From NCBI GenBank assembly GCA_965214405.1, contig OZ243956.1:1280001-1344000 (forward strand): DNA of 64,000 nt, given 5' to 3'. Positions 60,587-64,000 of this stretch are shown here, one piece after another (position 1 is the stretch's first letter; each line of letters begins with the position of its first letter). The notes under the pieces were generated by a model that worked only from the letters and a program-made list of their open reading frames with translations, searched no databases and had not been told where the DNA came from. A program made the position numbers and the translations under genes. This stretch comes from Trueperaceae bacterium. Lineage in GTDB: Bacteria > Deinococcota > Deinococci > Deinococcales > Trueperaceae.

Positions 60587-61084
60587 ATGGAACTCAACGA
60601 CCTCCTCAACACCCTCCCGAAACCAGGCAAGCTCGAGTGGATCGGCCTACGCACCGAGCGCCGAGGCGATATCCTTAGCGTAGACGAGACTGAGGCGAAA
60701 GTGGGTTTGGGCTTAGCGGGCGACCGCCGCGCCGAGAACAAGAAGCCGAACCCGAAAAGCCCGCGTCAGGTAACGCTCATCCAGGCCGAGCATTTAGCGG
60801 CCGTCGCGTCTTTTGTGGGCTCGGAACGGGTGGACCCCGCCGGAACGCGGCGCAACCTGCTCGTGTCGGGCGTGAACCTGCTGGCCCTCAAGGATAAACG
60901 GTTTCGGATAGGCGAGGTGCTGTTAGAGGGCTCCGGGCTCTGCCACCCCTGCTCGAGGATGGAAGAAACGTTGGGGTCGGGCGGCTACAACGCGATGCGC
61001 GGTCACGGCGGCATCACGGCGCGGGTTTTAGAGGAGGGCGTGATAAGGGTGGGGGACGCAGTCGCGCTCGAGCTTACGGACTAG
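60587..61084 (+). CDS. MOSC domain protein
   Basis: 'GLAGDR', 'RQVTLI', 'RRNL', 'CHPCSRM', 'GHGGITARV'; TACACT-N6-ATG. Confidence 0.9.
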   Translation: MELNDLLNTLPKPGKLEWIGLRTERRGDILSVDETEAKVGLGLAGDRRAENKKPNPKSPRQVTLIQAEHLAAVASFVGSERVDPAGTRRNLLVSGVNLLALKDKRFRIGEVLLEGSGLCHPCSRMEETLGSGGYNAMRGHGGITARVLEEGVIRVGDAVALELTD

Positions 61085-61571
61085 CGAGCTTCGCCTCGAT
61101 TTCACCCCTCAGCTTGTCCATACGCTTACGGTTCACGCCCATGTCGCCCCGGCCCACGCGCGACGCCGAGCGGAAGTGAATCACTTTGGCGGTGTTGTCA
61201 ACATAAAACTCAACGTCGTCTGTAAAGCGAAACACCAGGCTGCGAACCTCGGCGTGTAAGTAGCGCTTGTCCTTGGTGACGACCTTGCTGCGGGGGGTCG
61301 CCTCTACGGCTTCGGAAATCGCGCGCATCGCCTTTTTGGCGTCGCCCGCGAAGGGGATGGGCGGCGCGTAGTGCTGGCCGTCGTCCGGCGGAGCCTGCGT
61401 CGAGACGCAGTTGGGGGAGTCGGGGCAGGGGGCGAGTTGGCCGTTCTGCACGCCGAGCTGTTTAGCGGCCACAGCGACCGTTATGGTAACGCTCAAGAGA
61501 AACCCCAGCGCGACGAGGAAGAGCAGGCGCACCTTCCCGACGGGGCGTTTTACAGGCATGTTCGGGCTCAC
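61074..61571 (-). CDS. DUF1499 family protein
   Basis: 'LAPCPDSPNCVS', 'FTDDVEF', 'RSASRVG..DMGVN'. Confidence 0.9.
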   Translation of the reverse strand: MSPNMPVKRPVGKVRLLFLVALGFLLSVTITVAVAAKQLGVQNGQLAPCPDSPNCVSTQAPPDDGQHYAPPIPFAGDAKKAMRAISEAVEATPRSKVVTKDKRYLHAEVRSLVFRFTDDVEFYVDNTAKVIHFRSASRVGRGDMGVNRKRMDKLRGEIEAKLASP

Positions 61572-61697
61572 CAGTTTCGTTCATGCGCCAGTCTAGTCTT
61601 TTCACATGCCCCGCACTGTAAGCCCCTCTGATATGGTGCTCCAAAAGTAGAAGGCGCGCGCTCGAAAACGCTTTCGAGTGCGCTTTCTAAAAAAGAG

Positions 61698-63302
61698 GTG
61701 GGTGTGGCGGAGTATCTGGTAGCAGAAGGCTGGAACGACTCGGGAACGCTCCTGGCGATTCTGGAGGGCATGGGCGAGGGCGTGATCGTGTTTGACCTCA
61801 CGGGGCGGCCACTTTATCTCAACTCGGCGGTGGCGCGGCTCCACGGGATGCCCCGGCCCTTTGAGGTGACGCGCAATCTGCTCGAGTACGACGAACTCTT
61901 CGAACTTTACGACGCCCTAGGAGAGCCCATTCCCCGTGACGCGTGGCCGGTCGAGCGGGTGCTGCGCGGCGAGCGCTTTTTCAACTGGGAGGTTTACGCG
62001 CAGCCTCACGGTCTAAGTAACAGTGTCAACGACGGCACGGGCGAGGGCGGCGTGGTGGCGTACAGCGGCTTTCAGACGAACGGGAAAAGCCCTGTCGGGG
62101 TGCTCTTGCTGCACGACGTGTATGAGCAGCGCCGGACGGAGGAGACGCTGCGCCGGAGCGAGGAACGCGAACTGTCGATTCTCGACAACCTGCGCGACTA
62201 CGCGATTTTTACGCTCAGCTTGGATGGCGTGATTACCTCCTGGAATCCAGGTGTCGGAAAGGTGCTCGGCTACGCCGAAGAGGAATTCGTGGGCAGGTCG
62301 GGCAACCTCTTTTTCACGCCCGAAGAGCGCGAGGCGGGAACGTTCGAGTGGGAAATGACCACCTCCGCGCGCGAGGGCCGCGCCTCGGACGACCGCTGGC
62401 AGCTTCACAAGAGCGGGCGGCGTTTGTGGATCAACGGGATCATGTCGGCGCTGAGAACGTCCACGGGCGAGTTACGCGGTTACGTCAAAATCATGCGCGA
62501 CTACACCGAGCGCTTGAGTTTGGAGCAGGAGCGCGAGGGGCTAGTTAGCGAACTCCAGGCGCTCAACGAGACTCTGGAGGCGCGCGTTGAGGAGCGGACG
62601 CAGGCGCTCAAAGAAGCCAACGAGCGGCTGCGGCGGAGCGAGGAGCGCTTCGCCAAGGCGTTTCAGCTCGCACCCGTGGCCGCCGCCATCACCACGCTTG
62701 ACGAAGGCCGCCTGGTGGACGCGAACCAGACCGCGCTCGAGTGGTCGGGTTATACCCTTGAAGAGGCGGTGAACCGGCCTCTTAGAGAGCTCGAGCTGCT
62801 TGGGGCGAGCGAGGTCGAGCGCTTGGCGTCGCGCCTCGGGGCGGAGGGGCGGTTTATCAACCAGGAGGTCGCGCTCCACACGGCGTCGCAGGGGCCGCGC
62901 CACGCCCTTCTCTCTTCTGAAGTCGTCGACATCGCGGGCGAGCGCTGCGTCTTGAGCATGGCGGTGGACATTACCGAGCGCAAAAGAACCGAGGAGCAAC
63001 TCTTGCAAGCCCTCCAAGAAGTCATGCAAGACACCGCCTGGTTCTCGCAGTCGGTCATGGAAAAGCTCGCGCAGATACGCTCGCAGCGCCAGGACGAGAC
63101 CGAGGTGGCCGAGCTCACCCCCCGCGAAAAGCAGGTTCTGGCGCACCTAGCCAGGGGCGAGAGCAACGAAGACATCGCGGGCGCGCTCGCGCTCGCCCCG
63201 CAAACGGTGCGCAACTACATCACCACGATTTACAGCAAGATAAACGCCCACTCGCGCGCCGAGGCGGTCGTGTGGGCGAGAGAACGCGGCTTGGGTGTGT
63301 GA
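61698..63302 (+). CDS. Multi-PAS LuxR-family one-component regulator
   Basis: Three PAS-like regions (including 'DYAIF..ITSWNPG'), coiled coil, C-terminal 'LTPREKQVL..TVRNYIT.IY'. Confidence 0.88.
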   Translation: MGVAEYLVAEGWNDSGTLLAILEGMGEGVIVFDLTGRPLYLNSAVARLHGMPRPFEVTRNLLEYDELFELYDALGEPIPRDAWPVERVLRGERFFNWEVYAQPHGLSNSVNDGTGEGGVVAYSGFQTNGKSPVGVLLLHDVYEQRRTEETLRRSEERELSILDNLRDYAIFTLSLDGVITSWNPGVGKVLGYAEEEFVGRSGNLFFTPEEREAGTFEWEMTTSAREGRASDDRWQLHKSGRRLWINGIMSALRTSTGELRGYVKIMRDYTERLSLEQEREGLVSELQALNETLEARVEERTQALKEANERLRRSEERFAKAFQLAPVAAAITTLDEGRLVDANQTALEWSGYTLEEAVNRPLRELELLGASEVERLASRLGAEGRFINQEVALHTASQGPRHALLSSEVVDIAGERCVLSMAVDITERKRTEEQLLQALQEVMQDTAWFSQSVMEKLAQIRSQRQDETEVAELTPREKQVLAHLARGESNEDIAGALALAPQTVRNYITTIYSKINAHSRAEAVVWARERGLGV

Positions 63303-63429
63303 CTCTGGGTGTGTGACCCCGGACGCGTGAGGAAAGGTCAGCTCTTCCCTCTTAGGGTTTCATAATGTGAAAGGGGATTTAGAGAGCTTAATCGCTCGAG
63401 CCCTCCGCAGAAATCACTCTTTCACGTTT

Positions 63430-63480
63430 TTACTCCCTATCCCTCTACTCCCTACCCCCCTACGCCTCACTCCCTACCCT
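63430..63480. repeat. Degenerate 7-nt C-rich array
   Basis: tactccc tatccct ctactcc ctacccc ctacgcc tcactcc ctaccct; overlaps the 3' end of the next gene. Confidence 0.45.
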
Positions 63481-64000
63481 GACAAGGGTGCGCCCCCGCA
63501 TCTCCCCTTTGAGGATGGTGTCAACGGCGGCGTCTAGGTCCTCGAGGCCCACTTCAGTCGTCATCTTGTCCAGGTTGTCCAGCTTCCACTCCCCCGCCAG
63601 CCGTTCCCAGAGGCGTTGCCGTTTGGGCAAAGCGAGGTTCTGCGAATCTATCCCCAACAGATTCACACCGCGCAGGATAAAGGGGTAAACAGTGAGGTTT
63701 AAGTTCGGGCCGCTCACCAGCCCGCAGGCCGCCACGCTGGCCCCACCCTCTAAACTTTTGACAAGGTTTTCTAGCGTGCGCCCCCCCACCGTGTCCACCG
63801 CGCCGCCGTACACGCTTTTGAGCATAGGGCGTTCATTGGCTTCCGAAAGCTCGTGGCGGTCGATAATCTGGGCCGCGCCGAGGTTTTTGAGCATGGCGTG
63901 CGCCCCCTCGCTGCCGGTGCTGGCGACGACGTGGTGACCGAGTTTGGCGAGGAGCGCCACCGTGAGCGAGCCCACCCCGCCGCTTGCGCCTGTGACGACC
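63460..64000 (-). CDS. YhdH/AcuI-type MDR oxidoreductase, 5'-truncated
   Basis: 'VTGASGGVGS', 'GAVDTVGG', 'PFILRGVNLLGIDS'. Confidence 0.9.
   Translation of the reverse strand, partial: VVTGASGGVGSLTVALLAKLGHHVVASTGSEGAHAMLKNLGAAQIIDRHELSEANERPMLKSVYGGAVDTVGGRTLENLVKSLEGGASVAACGLVSGPNLNLTVYPFILRGVNLLGIDSQNLALPKRQRLWERLAGEWKLDNLDKMTTEVGLEDLDAAVDTILKGEMRGRTLVRVGSEA

Overview
High-GC bacterial chromosomal segment, most consistent with Deinococcota (Trueperaceae-like). This assignment is inferred from a Thermus-type ba3 oxidase, a DUF4384/PEGA protein, a short IF2 and many TANNNT-N5-7-start leaderless genes. Core genes: rimP-nusA-ylxR-infB, secDF, T-box-controlled valS, dGTPase, coaBC, rpoZ, gmk, asnS. 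Accessory genes: a cation-chloride cotransporter, a NarL-type two-component pair, a ba3 oxidase operon, two toxin-antitoxin pairs plus an orphan antitoxin, a sugar ABC importer operon, a class II photolyase, a repeat-rich lipoprotein, an ABC-F, xylonate (Weimberg-like) genes, three tandem GNATs, a PadR module, a P450 and a PAS-LuxR regulator. No rRNA, tRNA, CRISPR array or intact IS was seen. Most notable: (1) a 50-aa ORF missing from the ORF track with an exact lasso-type RiPP leader motif but a 9-aa core that cannot form a lasso; (2) a precursor-less YcaO plus a degenerate CE4 deacetylase coupled to a sugar ABC importer; (3) a signal-peptide-like uORF and SD-sequestering RNA structure upstream of secDF, a candidate arrest peptide; (4) a natural ba3 subunit II-cytochrome c552 fusion; (5) strong over-representation of CTCGAG and dispersed 7-nt-periodic intergenic arrays. 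All calls are by-eye recognition; no searches were run.
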